Assembly (NCBI GenBank): GCA_010093995.1 | Contig: ML992502.1 | Location: 861,001 to 925,000 of the forward strand | Direction: 5' to 3' | DNA from: Elsinoe ampelina | Taxonomy: Eukaryota | DNA: 64,000 bases | Shown: piece after piece, positions 45,604-58,544 of the stretch | Layout: every line of letters starts with the position of its first letter | How positions within the stretch are numbered: the first letter of the stretch is position 1 | Program-made: the position numbers and the translations under genes | Notes under the pieces: generated by a model | Seen by the model: the letters and a program-made list of their open reading frames with translations, nothing else | Database searches by the model: none | What the model was told of the DNA's origin: nothing

Positions 45604-46460
45604 TCATGGATTGACAAAGTGGTTCATGTGGCCCGGAACTTTGTTGCGGCATTTCTCGCAGTCTGCTCGGTAACCAAATTGAATCTTCTTGGCTACTTCG
45701 GGAGGAGAGATGAAAGCTCCGCTGCGTTGGCGCTGCCTCCTCATGAACGATCCGTTGTCTGAGCCTTGTCGAACAGGTGTGACTGAACCAGAGTCGACAT
45801 CCATGTCGTTAACAGATAGAAGTGACAGCTGGCTTCCAGCGGCGGTCGTGGGCGTGTGAGGCTCATTGTCGTCAACGGGAGAAGGCAAGCGGTCGGTAGT
45901 GATGCTCATGCTGCTACCGGCCATATAATCGTATCCGTGTCGGCGATAAGTCATATCAGAGCGAAGGCTTTGAGATTGTAGAGGATAGATCTTTGGCCGT
46001 GTGGGACGCACGACCATGCCTTCCGACTTGCGAGGCGTGTTCTGCATGGAGATATCGTCAGATATGGAGCCACGACTGGACCAGGAGGGTAGAGTGGTAG
46101 GTGTCAACGGTGCGGCTGGATCTGGAGACCACAGGCGAGCCTTGTCTTCAAGGTCAAGATCCATGCTGTCGTCGGTCATACTACCAGCCTCGGACGCATT
46201 CGAGTTGATGGAATCATCCTCGCTGGTATACGCTGACCTGTGAGTCTGCAATGGGCTTTGCAAGAAATGCCACTGTGTCTTGTTCAACGAGATGGAGAGC
46301 GGAGAATCCGTTGCTGTCGAAGCTCTGGATTTCTGTGTAGCCTCATTAGTGCAACTCAAAATAGGAGTAAGAAGCATCATACCTTGCCCAGAGGCTGAGA
46401 TGTAAGATCAAAGTCATCCTCGACGTCGCGAGAGCGCTTTCTAGGTGATGAGAGAATCAT
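45604..46460 (-). CDS. Hypothetical fungal protein with C-terminal GYRADCEKCRNKVPGHMNH Cys/His motif
   Basis: Exon 1 46460-46383, intron 46382-46333 (GTATGA..CAG), exon 2 open to 45604. Confidence 0.75.
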
Positions 46461-46998
46461 TACTGCGTCGTGAATGTGAGACCAGCTCGAAATCAGGACC
46501 GGCCTGGTAGATGATGAAGAGGAGGACTGCTGGCTGTCACATCTGGATTGCTTGATGAGATGTGATGCAGAAATCAGCGATCAACGATCAACGATCAATG
46601 ACGACTGGGACGTTTGCTGCAGGTGGCTGCCGTCAACGACGTGAGCAGCCTTGTTGTGACGTTTGAAGTTCACTCCGCTTCAGATTCATCCCAAGACCAA
46701 GACTCTCCGGTTTCCCTCCCCTAATTCTCAAACATGTGATGCCCGCCAAGGGACATTTCACCCAACCAATTGGAAACTACCCTTTTGCAGACGCGGGGTC
46801 ATTCTTGCAGCACCCGAGCTCGGAGACCCTTGGTCCGTCATTCAGACTTATTTTTGCTCGACTCACTTTCAACTTTATTCACATTTGCTGCCCCCACCAC
46901 GACCGAGTCTCACACAGAAAGAACAATTGTCGGCTTGTTTGGTCAAGTCCTCTTATTGTCATACCACACAAACATTCTCTCCACAGCACAATCACACA

Positions 46999-48229
<1,231 letters not shown>

Positions 48230-49126
48230 AGTGATGATCACAGTACGGCGTTGGAAGGGGAAATGACACGAATATGGAAAAGTGATTTAGCATTGCATGA
48301 GGCGTAGAGGGGCAGGATCTCCAAGTGTGAGCTGCGTGGGCAAAAAATTATATACCATCATAACAGGAATCGAGGATACCTCCATGACTATTGATGGTAG
48401 AGCAAATCGTCTGCACCCCGACGCCCACTCGAGCAGGAGTCAGTGTACCGTGCCTCCTTCCCACGCGCGCTTTGAGGGTGGTTGTGATTAGGCTTCGAGA
48501 GCTGTAGAGTTTGTAGGACTCGAGCCTTCTTCGACCTTTCAGTGCTCTTTGTGCCTTTGTTCAAAGTGATGAGTTCAGATTTGCGATCGCCGCGAAGTTG
48601 CTTGGACCCGTGACGATACAATTGGTCTGCGAGGTGTCGAAGTAGGAACTCCGTCCATTGTTGGAGGATCTACAAAGCTGTCTTTTGCAGCCTGTATGCT
48701 GACGTACACATTTTTGACCATCATCAATCCTGCCATCGCTCAACGCTTTGGCGGTATGAGGCCACGGCCACTTCATTTTGACAAACTCTGACACTGCAGT
48801 GTCATGGACTGATCACCTCGCAGATCACTTCAAGTCAAACCGAGTGCTCGCACGGCGGCGACCTGTACAGGCATTCCTGTCAATTGCCATGCGACGGTCC
48901 GCTGGCGCCGGCGGCATCGCAACGCTTCCCCCGTCCCATAATACTGGCGTCCGGTTTGGCATTCCCCTCGTCGTCTGCCCCGAGTCCACATTGATCGAGT
49001 CGGTCTTGTTCTAGCCAGTTCCTGTGTGCCGCTCAGCAACCGTGAAGCAGCCGTTGCTTGATCGCGCAACGGGCAGGATACACGCAAGACCATTTCGCAT
49101 AGTTCCAGGCACGATCTCGCACTTGC

Positions 49127-49696
49127 TCAGACAGGTAGCTCCCGATTCTTCGTCCCCTCCCCTGCCTTCTCCCCTGCTGTCTGCAGCGCCTTTGCCAAAT
49201 ATGGCCCAACGACTGGTATATTGTACGCGAAACCCGCTATCGTCTTGAAGAACTCTCCAAAAAGGATGAACACGCCGTACGCCTCTGCTATGAAGCCGAA
49301 GAAGGTCCAGCGGAGGAGGATGAGGGTGATGCCCAGCATGAGAGCAAGGGATCCTTTCCACTTTTGACGTCGGGCGAAGAAGAGGAAGGTGCGCTGGGGA
49401 CCGAGGAGGAGGGTGATGCCGGCGAGGAAGAGGATGTTGCCCATTGCGAGCATGGCGCGGTCGAAGAAGAGGATGACGCCGCCGATGAGGAAGAAGCCCC
49501 CTGAAGGAGATGGTCAGCTATTTCATCTGGGTTTAGAGAGCACGGAGCTGGTGGAATTGCTCGTGAAGATGTTCTTGGTTGATGCGTACCTCCTGAGCAG
49601 AACGCGACTCCTATCTCTGTCGATTATTAGCTAGGCTCCTATGATCCATGGTTCGTAGGACTTACTCTGCGAATCTGACAACCACATTGTCGGCAT
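49127..49696 (-). CDS. GOT1: Golgi transport protein Got1
   Basis: [34 protein letters not shown] across two introns. Confidence 0.93.
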
Positions 49697-50305
49697 GATG
49701 GGCGAGGTGAGATCGAAACGACAAATCTGAGGCTGGGGAACTCGCGCGATCAAGGTATTGAAAGGCAATGGCAGTAGTAGACGGGGATGCGATGTGAAGA
49801 GGAGATCAAACGGACTAGGGATTAATTTATTTGATGCTAGAGTAAACGTACATGTGGTCGGACTTCCGGGCCGGGATGGCCGACATGGTCGCCCTGCGAG
49901 AAGAAGATGTAAGTCACTGCAAGTGATGTACAAAATGTATAGGTTGATATTCAATTTTGGAACGCATAACTCAGCGACATAGTGTCCCGTCCCGTTGCTA
50001 CATTTGAGTCGTCTTATGACTTCACGACGAGGCCGTCGAGGAATAGCAGCTCTCAGGCTTATATATAAGGCTCCCTTCTTGCAGGTGGTCAATGCTCAAC
50101 TGGCCAGCGCCGCCGATCATGATACAGTAGAGGCTCCGGGAGAGACTGAGCTTCTGACACTTGCATCTTGCTACACTATCGCAGACGATTTGACCACACG
50201 ATCAATTGAACATCACAATCAACCCAGACGATATTGCGCAACCAATTGCTCTGGATGAACGTTTTCGGAGCTCCTCACTGAAGGCGCGCAAGAAGATCGC
50301 CCGTC

Positions 50306-53094
50306 ATGGCGTCCCCTCCTCCGCCTCCAGTTGAGGATCAAGCGCGCCTTCTCGAGGATGCTCTGGTTGTGGTACGGCAGCAGACGGTCCACATGCGAAG
50401 ATGTCTTGAGACTCCAGGAAAGCTCATGGATGCTCTCAAGTGCAGGTAGGAAGACCTTTGCGACCGAAACCTAAGTGGATGCCTGCTGACTTCTGGACAG
50501 CTCAACACTAGTATCAGAACTCCGAACCTCGACACTTGGACCCAAACAGTACTACGAGCTTTATATGGCAGTATTCGATGCTTTACGGCATCTCTCGGTC
50601 TATCTTCGAGATTCGCATCCACAAAATCACCTGGCCGACCTGTACGAATTAGTGCAATATGCTGGAAACATTGTTCCCCGACTCTACCTCATGATCACGG
50701 TTGGCACAGTGTACATGGGTATTGAAGATGCGCCGGTCAAGGAGATCATGAAAGATATGATGGAGATGTCTCGAGGTGTGCAGCATCCGGTGCGAGGCCT
50801 GTTTTTGCGATACTACTTGGTGGGACAAGCTAGGGACTACCTACCTTCTGGATCCGGACAAGGACCCGAGGGGAACCTCCAAGACTCGATCAGCTTCGTC
50901 CTCACCAATTTTGTCGAGATGAACAAGCTTTGGGTCAGATTACAACATCAAGGTCACTCGCGTGATCGGGAACAGCGGACGAAAGAGCGTCAAGAATTAC
51001 AACTGCTCGTCGGCAGCAATCTCGTTCGTCTCAGTCAGTTGGTGGATCTCGAAACTTACAAGGGTATGATCCTTCAGCCACTCTTGGAGCAAGTCGTTCA
51101 GTGCAGGGACGTGCTAGCGCAGGAGTATTTGCTCGAAGTGGTAACTCAGGTCTTCCCCGACGAGTATCACTTGCACACGCTTGACCAATTCCTGTCCGCT
51201 ACGGCTAGACTCAATCCACAAGTCAACATCAAGGCCATCGTGATTGGCATGATGGATCGACTGTCTTCATACGCTGCGCGAGAAGCCGAGGAGGAAGAGC
51301 CAGAGAAGAAGAAGGAGAATGAAGAAGAGGCCACCAGGAAACTTCTGGAGAAGCTGAAGCTCGCAAAAGAGACCAAGCCGGCAGCCGAAGAGGCTGCACC
51401 GCAAGAAAACGGCAAGCCGACGAATGGAGGGCAAACACCGAGTGATGCAGATGCACAAACACAAGAGCAGAGTGCGGAGACTTCTGCGCCGCACACGAAT
51501 GGCAACGCGCCAAAGGTCAAGGGCGTGCCAGATAACATCAAACTCTTTGAGGTCTTCTACGAGCAAGTCATGAATCTTGTCAGCATGCAGAGATTGCCGA
51601 TACAAGACATTACCGCTCTTCTCAATTCACTAATCAATCTTGCACTGTAAGTGAGAGAGGGCGCGCACGTGACGCACTTCTAACGAGCATAGCAACATCT
51701 ATCCCGATCATCTCGAGTACGTCGACCAAGTACTGGAGTATGCCACCAAGGAGGTGGGACGCTTCGCCAACAGTGCCGACTTTCACTCTCAAGATTGCCA
51801 AAAGCATGTTCTTTCACTTCTTCACGCACCTGTCAAAGCCTATCTTTCTCTCTTCACAGCGCTTGCATTGCCACACTACATTCAGCTCTTGCAATTACAA
51901 CCATATCCAACACGACGGGCGGTCGCTGGCGAGGTAGCTCGATCTATCCTACGCAACGAGACGCCAATCCGCACGTCCGAAAACCTCTCATCAGTACTGG
52001 AGATTATAAAGGTCCTGATCAAAGAAGGCACTGCTGCACCTGCAGGCTACCCCACTGGTCCAGCGAGAAGGACAGCACTCGAGACTGACGAGACCATCGA
52101 GGAGCAAGGCTGGTTAGCACGGATAGTTCACCTCATACACGCTTCAGAGGCCAACACACAATTCACGCTCCTACAATCGTGTCGCGACGCCTTCTCGGCT
52201 GGCAATGAACGTATCAAGTACACAACTCCGGCACTACTCACAGCTGCGTTGAAACTTGCTCGACGCTACAAAGCTCGCCAACATCTGCAGGACGACTGGC
52301 AAACTCAATCCAGCGCAGTGTACAAATTCATTCACACTCTCATCTCCACTCTCTACACCCGAGTATCTTCGCCATCGATTGCAGACTTGGCCCTTCGCCT
52401 TTTCCTCTCCGCCGGGTTAGTGAGCAATCAATGCGGCTTCGAGGAGGCGTCATACGAATTCTTCGCCCAAGCATTCACTGTCTACGAAGATAGTATCAGC
52501 GACTCCCGAGCTCAATTCCAAGCAGTGTGCTGCGTAGCACAAGCTCTATCACGCACGCGCAACTTCAGTCGCGAGAACTACGACACCCTCATCACAAAAT
52601 GTGCTCTGCACGGATCAAAGCTGCTCAAGAAGCCTGATCAGTGCAGAAGCGTCTACCTCGCCAGTCACCTCTGGTGGGCAACCGAAGTAAGCAAGGAAGT
52701 CGAAGAAGGACAGAAAGATGGTGAGAAGAAGAAGGAGCTATACCGGGATGGTAAGAGGGTATTGGAGTGCTTGCAACGTGCGTTACGAGTGGCGGACGCT
52801 TGTATGGACACGGCTGTGAGCGTGGAACTGTTTGTTGAGATTCTGAATCGCTACGTGTACTACTTTGACCAGGAGAATGAGGCTGTAAGTGCTTTAAGAG
52901 GATGCACTAGGAGTTCGCTGACAGTCACTCAGGTCACAACAAAGTACCTCAATGGTTTGATTGAGTTGATCCACTCCAATCTTAACACGAATGAAAACCC
53001 ATCCGGTCTGGAAAGTCCGAGAAAGCACTTCCAGCGGACGCTCGAGTATATCGCCTCGAGAGAGTACGAAGGGGTGGAAACAAGAGCGAAGTGA
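50306..53094 (+). CDS. VPS35: Retromer subunit Vps35
   Basis: [39 protein letters not shown]. Three introns near 50446, 51647 and 52885. Confidence 0.97.
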
Positions 53095-53698
53095 CAGCAT
53101 CGAATCAGTGTGTTGAGTCGAGCAAGATGAAAGCCTTCTTCGGACACAGAGTCAGACGACCGCTTCCTGTCAGAGGTGTAATCGAGCGAGCAGGAGTCGG
53201 ACGAGGGAAGTAGATATCACGGCCACCCAGTCTTACTTTCTCCCAAGTAGAACTGAACATTGAAGACATATGTACAGCCCTCAGCGTCCACCGTCTGCCA
53301 CATTCTCTTCAACTGGTCTCAAAGATCTATACGTAGTAGTCTGCGTCTGTCTCACCAGTCAGTTCAATGTTGCGAGACCTGTTGCATTTCCATTTCTCTT
53401 TCCCACTAATCCTATCATGCTTGTCCCTACTATGACTCTTAGGATACATGCAGGGTGACTGAAGCATACACTCCGCTCCTCCTATCCACTCGCCTTCTCA
53501 GCACTGTTCCTACACGCCCACCTCATCCCCCCCCCCCCCCCCCTCGCCCACCTCGCCCTCTTCCTGACCCTACCCTTCTCATTACCCATGCCTCTGCCCT
53601 TCCCGACCCCATCCTCCCCGCATCACCGACCACTGCCTACACCCTCACCCGGCTCCCTCCCTCCCTACCCCTCACCCCTAAGCCCCCTATCGAATGCC

Positions 53699-54514
53699 CT
53701 ACACACCCACCCTAACCAACAACCTCCACCCCCGTCCCGAATTCCACTCCGCATCCTCCACCACCCTCTCGACACCATCCCTCCACTGGCCCGCCTGCAC
53801 ATAAGGGCTCGAGGGCTTATGCCATCGCCACTGCAGAGTCGAATCCGGATCTGACAGGAGAGGGTGGGGGAAAGAGGAAAACGCCGTCAGGACGTAGAGG
53901 GAAGTCTCCAGTGAGTCGTCAACCGAGGGGAGTCGGGGTGGTTGCTCTGTCGCGCCGGGAGGGTCTGGTTCTGGTGATGCTCCCGGGGCGACCGGGGGGT
54001 TGGGGGGGCTCGATGGTAGGATTGTGCTGAGCTTTGTGGTGAAGTCTGGGTCGATGGAGGAGGTGATTGATGAGAGGGTTTCTTTGAGGTAGGTGGAGAG
54101 GAGGGGAGGGGTGGTGGGGAGGTGGAATGTGCCGAGGGGGTTGAAGTGGGCTGTAGGTTTGAGGTTGGAGGGGGAGAGGGAGGTGGTGATGGTTAGGGTG
54201 GCGTCGGGGCAGAAGTAGTGGATTTGCAGAGAGGTTTTGGGGGTGCATGTGAGGAGGAGGTAGTGAGGGTAGAGGTAGGAGGAGAGGTCTGACATGATGA
54301 TATGGGTGAATGGGGTGGATGGAGGAGTTATCTGAGGAGAGGCTGGGTCCAGTATGGTCATTGGAGGCCTGATGTTGATTGTCAGTCTTTGAACTTGGGC
54401 TGGTGTGAAGTTATGAATGATTTCCATTGACATGGCATCTTTTTGATTCACTGCACAGATCCTGGCAGATACTGCTATAAGAGATATGTATGCACTTTGC
54501 AACCCGACCGACAT
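53699..54514 (-). CDS. Hypothetical protein (start and 3' end uncertain)
   Basis: 271-aa ORF with LETSLY and WRWHKP. It may splice onward at GTGGGT near 53710. Confidence 0.45.
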   Translation of the reverse strand: MSVGLQSAYISLIAVSARICAVNQKDAMSMEIIHNFTPAQVQRLTINIRPPMTILDPASPQITPPSTPFTHIIMSDLSSYLYPHYLLLTCTPKTSLQIHYFCPDATLTITTSLSPSNLKPTAHFNPLGTFHLPTTPPLLSTYLKETLSSITSSIDPDFTTKLSTILPSSPPNPPVAPGASPEPDPPGATEQPPRLPSVDDSLETSLYVLTAFSSFPHPLLSDPDSTLQWRWHKPSSPYVQAGQWRDGVERVVEDAEWNSGRGWRLLVRVGV

Positions 54515-54869
54515 GAGACGATGTGACTAAGTCCTGACGGCACCAAACAAATGACAGTATCTGCTGTGTCGGTGGAACAACCACTGTCAGACTCTGCTTA
54601 AACCTCGCATGTCCTCGCTCGTGCGATCATGGCTCATTGTCGGGACGCCATCTGCCCTCTCGTCCATCGCTGTACCTGTCTTTGTCGTGCTCGTCCGAGG
54701 TCAGCATGAGGTTCTGCTCGAGTGGCCTCCTTCCATATGGTCTGAGATTCGCTGCCAGGAACTGGATGGATTGCTCGGGTAATACACCTTCCCGTGACCG
54801 AGTAGTCTCCCGAGCTTGAGGCGATAATGATCAAAAATGCTCGAGGCGAAGTGACAGAGCCGAGTGAGC

Positions 54870-55948
54870 TCATGTCTTCGCATATTTTGGTGTTGAGAAG
54901 TCGTAGTCGATCCAGTCTCCAAGGACTTCCCGTACCTTCTCGAACAGTAGCTCGTCCTTCTCCTGCAAGTCCTTGTCAACCCTTGGAACTTCACCAGCCT
55001 TGTAGGCCGCAGTCACCGCATCGCCCATGATCCCATCTCCAAGCACCTGCCTAGCAGCAGCCGCGTTCTCCTCCAGGTCCTCCAACGACCCTATCCCTGT
55101 AATCGTCGCCACCACCAACCCCCCCTTCGTATTCTCCACCGCCTTCCGAATCGCAAACCTCAACGCCACCCCCGGCAAACTCTCCCCTTCCTCCCTCACC
55201 ACCCTCGCCGCCTCCCTACTCCTCTCCCTCAACCCCTCAGGCGCAGGATGCCAGTCCCCCAACGCCCCGACCGGCACACCCCCATCCCTCAACAACCCAC
55301 ACGCCAACGGACTACTCGCACAGACAGCCCACACCCCTGCCTCCCTCAACTCCCCCAACCCCTCGGTTTCCAACCTCGTATTCTGCAGCGTCAATTGCGC
55401 CCAACTCTGCACCACATCGACGCCCCTCCCGTACCGCCTCATCACCTCCTTCGCTACAGCTTTGATCTTGGGGAGATCATACCCACTGATCCCCGCTGCC
55501 CTGATCACACCCTGATCCTTGAGCTTCAATAACGTCCCGACAGCCCCCACCCCTTCCTCGAGGGAGACGTACTCCACGTCATGACAGAAGACCACATCCA
55601 AGTACCCTGTGCCGAACCTGTTCAACGACCGCTCCACCGACGTCCGGATCCAGGACGGGGAGTAATCGAACTCCTCAGCGGAGATACGTCCGGCTTTAGT
55701 CATGAGGACATAGTCCTCCCTACGGTACCGCGAAGTGATGGCTGCATCCTGGAGTGCCGCCCCGAGGATCTCTTCCGAGGGGTGGTAGTAAGGGGATGTG
55801 TCGATCGTGCGGAGGCCGAGGGCGAAGGCGCGGAGGAGGATGGGGATGGCGGGAGGGAGTGCGGGGTGGGGGTGAGTTGGGAGGAGAAGCCTGCGCCGCC
55901 GAGGATGAGGGGGGAGAGGGTCGGGGGGCCGGGAGGGGTGAGGGGCAT
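54870..55948 (-). CDS. Aldo-keto reductase (Ara2 / L-galactose dehydrogenase-like), apparent 1-nt frameshift near 55851
   Basis: PLILGGAGFS in one frame. IDTSPYY, MTKAGR, YLDVVFCHDVE and GISGY in the next. Confidence 0.85.
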
Positions 55949-56303
55949 GATGCTTTGCGGGAGGGATGGTGGACCAGAGGGGACGGGTCCGAAAAGCACG
56001 GCGAAGGGCACCTTAGCTCGGGCCGTTCAATTTGCAAAGATCCAGTACTGTTATCCCAAGGACACGCATTGACAAGGTTGGATCTTGGTGTAGCACTTGA
56101 GGAAAGGAGAGTTGGGGGATTCCCAAGAACGAAAAATTGCCCGTAAAGTGCCCCGCTCCGCCCCTCACATGCCCACCCCACCGGCTTCAGGGGCAAGATT
56201 CATTCACATGCACAACCAGAAAGGCATACGTTGAGCACTGCATTGTCTGCTGATCTAGAATCTATCCCGTATATACATCAAATCAAATACCCTCGCAGCT
56301 TTT

Positions 56304-57645
56304 CTACCGACCAGGCAAATCCACCTGTCTCTGGATCATCGCCTCCCTACCAGGCCCAGTCCCGATCCACTTGACCGGCACCCCAGTATACTCCTCCACA
56401 AACTCGACATACTTGCGCGCATTCTCGGGGAGATTCGAGTAGCTGTTCACGCCCGTCGTGGTCGACTTCCACCCGGGAAAGGACCTGTAAACCACCTCGA
56501 CCTTCTTCAACGCCGCGATCGTGGCGGGAAAGACGGACGTCTCCTGCCCGTCAACCTTGTACGCCACACCGACTTTGATCTCGTCAAAGTCATCCAGGAT
56601 ATCCAGTTTCGTGAGGTTCCAGCACGTGTAGTGATTGATCAACGCCGAGTACCGCAACAAGACCAAATCCAACCATCCACACCTCCTCTTCCTCCCCGTC
56701 GTGACGCCAACCTCCTTGCCAATCGACTGGAGTTTCTCCCCCGTCGCGTCCTCCAGCTCCGTGGGGAACGGACCCCCTCCGACCCGAGTCTGATAAGCCT
56801 TGACCACGCCAATCACCTCTTTGAGCTTGAACGGACTGATGCCCAGTCCCGTGAACACCCCTCCGATACCAGTGTTACTGCTCGTCACCATAGGGTACGT
56901 CCCCCAATCGATATCCAACATCAACGCATTGGCCCCCTCGACGAGAATGCCCCTCCCGCTCTCCTCCGCGCTCGCGATCAGCGGGACCTGATCCACCACA
57001 AACTCGGCCAATTTGGGTCTCCACTCGTCGAATCGCGCAATCTCCTTCTCGACGTCGTACTGCAGCAAGTCGCCGTAGCGCTTCTTGTACGCCCCCGCCA
57101 TGGCGCGCAGTCGTGCGTCCATCCCGGCTTTGTCGAATACCTCACCGACCCTGACCCCGCTCCGTCCATGCTTGGTCTGGTAGCTTGGCCCGATGCCTTT
57201 CCTTGTGGTCCCGACTTTCGCATCCCCGAGCTCCACCTCCTCTAGTCCATCAACCAGCTGGTGCAGCTCGAACAACACCTGCGCGCGGTCGGAGATGAAG
57301 ATGCGCTCTTTCGTGTCCAGGCCATGTTTGTTCAATTGCTCGAGCTCGTAGAAGAACTGCGGGAGGGAGACGACGCAGGCGGACCCGATGAGGTTGATGC
57401 TGGTGGGGTTGATGAGGCCTGAGGGCAGGATGTGGAAGTCGTAGGTGGTCTTGTTGACGACGATGGTGTGGCCTGCGTTGTGGCCGCCGGCGGAGCGGCA
57501 GATGAGGGGGAAGCGGTGGGAGAGGATGTCGACGAGTTTGCCTTTGCCTACGGGAGAAGAGGGGTTAGTAAGAAGGAGGGGAGAGGGGAGAGGTGTTGGG
57601 GGTACCTTCGTCGCCGAACTGCGAACCGAGGACGACGGTCGTCAT
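56304..57645 (-). CDS. ADE12: Adenylosuccinate synthetase
   Basis: [11 protein letters not shown] across intron 57605-57548. [31 protein letters not shown]. Confidence 0.97.
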
Positions 57646-58305
57646 GGTGGGGGTTTAGGAGGGGTGACTTGTTGGCAGAAGGTTCAATTGGTGTTTGTGA
57701 CCATCAATTGATGGCTAGGTCAAGGAGAGAGTGTGGTAGGAATCGTTTGCGACGCGCCAAAAGCGACGTAGGAACCAACACACGAAAGCACGAGGTTGAA
57801 AATTTATCGAGGTTGTGACTGGTTCGCGGCGGGGAAATTCAAAGTCTTGTGAGGGGAATGCGGAAACGTTTGCTTCTGAGAGAGATTCTCGGGTAAAATA
57901 GATACATCGAGGATAAGAGGCAAGGAAATAGAATACGCGGTACTACTATCATATGAAGCGTTCTAGTCAGTACTAGTGCATAGCCCTCACTTCCTCTGTA
58001 AAGTAAACTAAAGAAGATTACGCTATTTGGGAAATCTGCTGCGATTTATTATAGAATTGCTCTTCTACTACCTACTACAAAGGTTTCTGCTATCTAAATG
58101 TACATTGTAACTTACATGAACCGTTACAGTCAGAGATGCAATGTATATCAAGACATAGTTGTATGATGATTGCTATAGAAGACTGTCCTGAGGTTGGATA
58201 GCCCCACGTCACATCAGTCCTGCATTTGCCGGGCCTCCACTCAAGTCGTCTTGTAACGTTCCAGGGTAACAATATGTAAGTTATCGCCTTCCTCAATTAA
58301 GAGTT

Positions 58306-58522
58306 ACCGCCGTGGCACGTAAGTGAATCGTTGTGAAGTTTCTCCTCGATTTAAGGTTGACTCTTTTGTAGAATTGGCTAGCGCGTGAGACTTTTATGAA
58401 CCAACCAAATGTCTTTAAAACACTTGTATTGGAAGGAAATCTCAAGGGTATGATTATCCTCTTCTTCTCCTTCACATAACTGATTGTTTAAAAAGATGAG
58501 GGTTCGAGCCCCTCCGGTGGTG
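58306..58522 (+). tRNA. tRNA-Lys(UUU) in four exons (58306-58318, 58372-58396, 58439-58447, 58496-58522)
   Basis: The joined exons give a 74-nt cloverleaf: acceptor ACCGCCG/CGGTGGT, D stem GCAC/GCGC with loop AATTGGCTA, anticodon stem TGAGA/TCTCA with loop CT-TTT-AA, variable AGGAT, T stem GAGGG/CCCTC with loop TTCGAGC. Confidence 0.85.
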
Positions 58523-58533
58523 TTATCGATTTC

Positions 58534-58544
58534 TTTTGTTTTTT
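58534..58544 (+). terminator. Pol III oligo-T terminator
   Basis: TTTTGTTTTTT begins 12 nt downstream of the tRNA discriminator base. Confidence 0.7.

Noticed and set aside
46579..46601. GATCAAC x3 tandem repeat
   Set aside because: Short microsatellite-like repeat with no spacers; not CRISPR-like.
48388..49093. Possible small minus-strand gene between the DAHP synthase gene and GOT1
   Set aside because: One moderately protein-like frame, but no credible start or intron model.
53527..53543. Poly-C tract
   Set aside because: Part of a skew island; its length is unreliable in assemblies.
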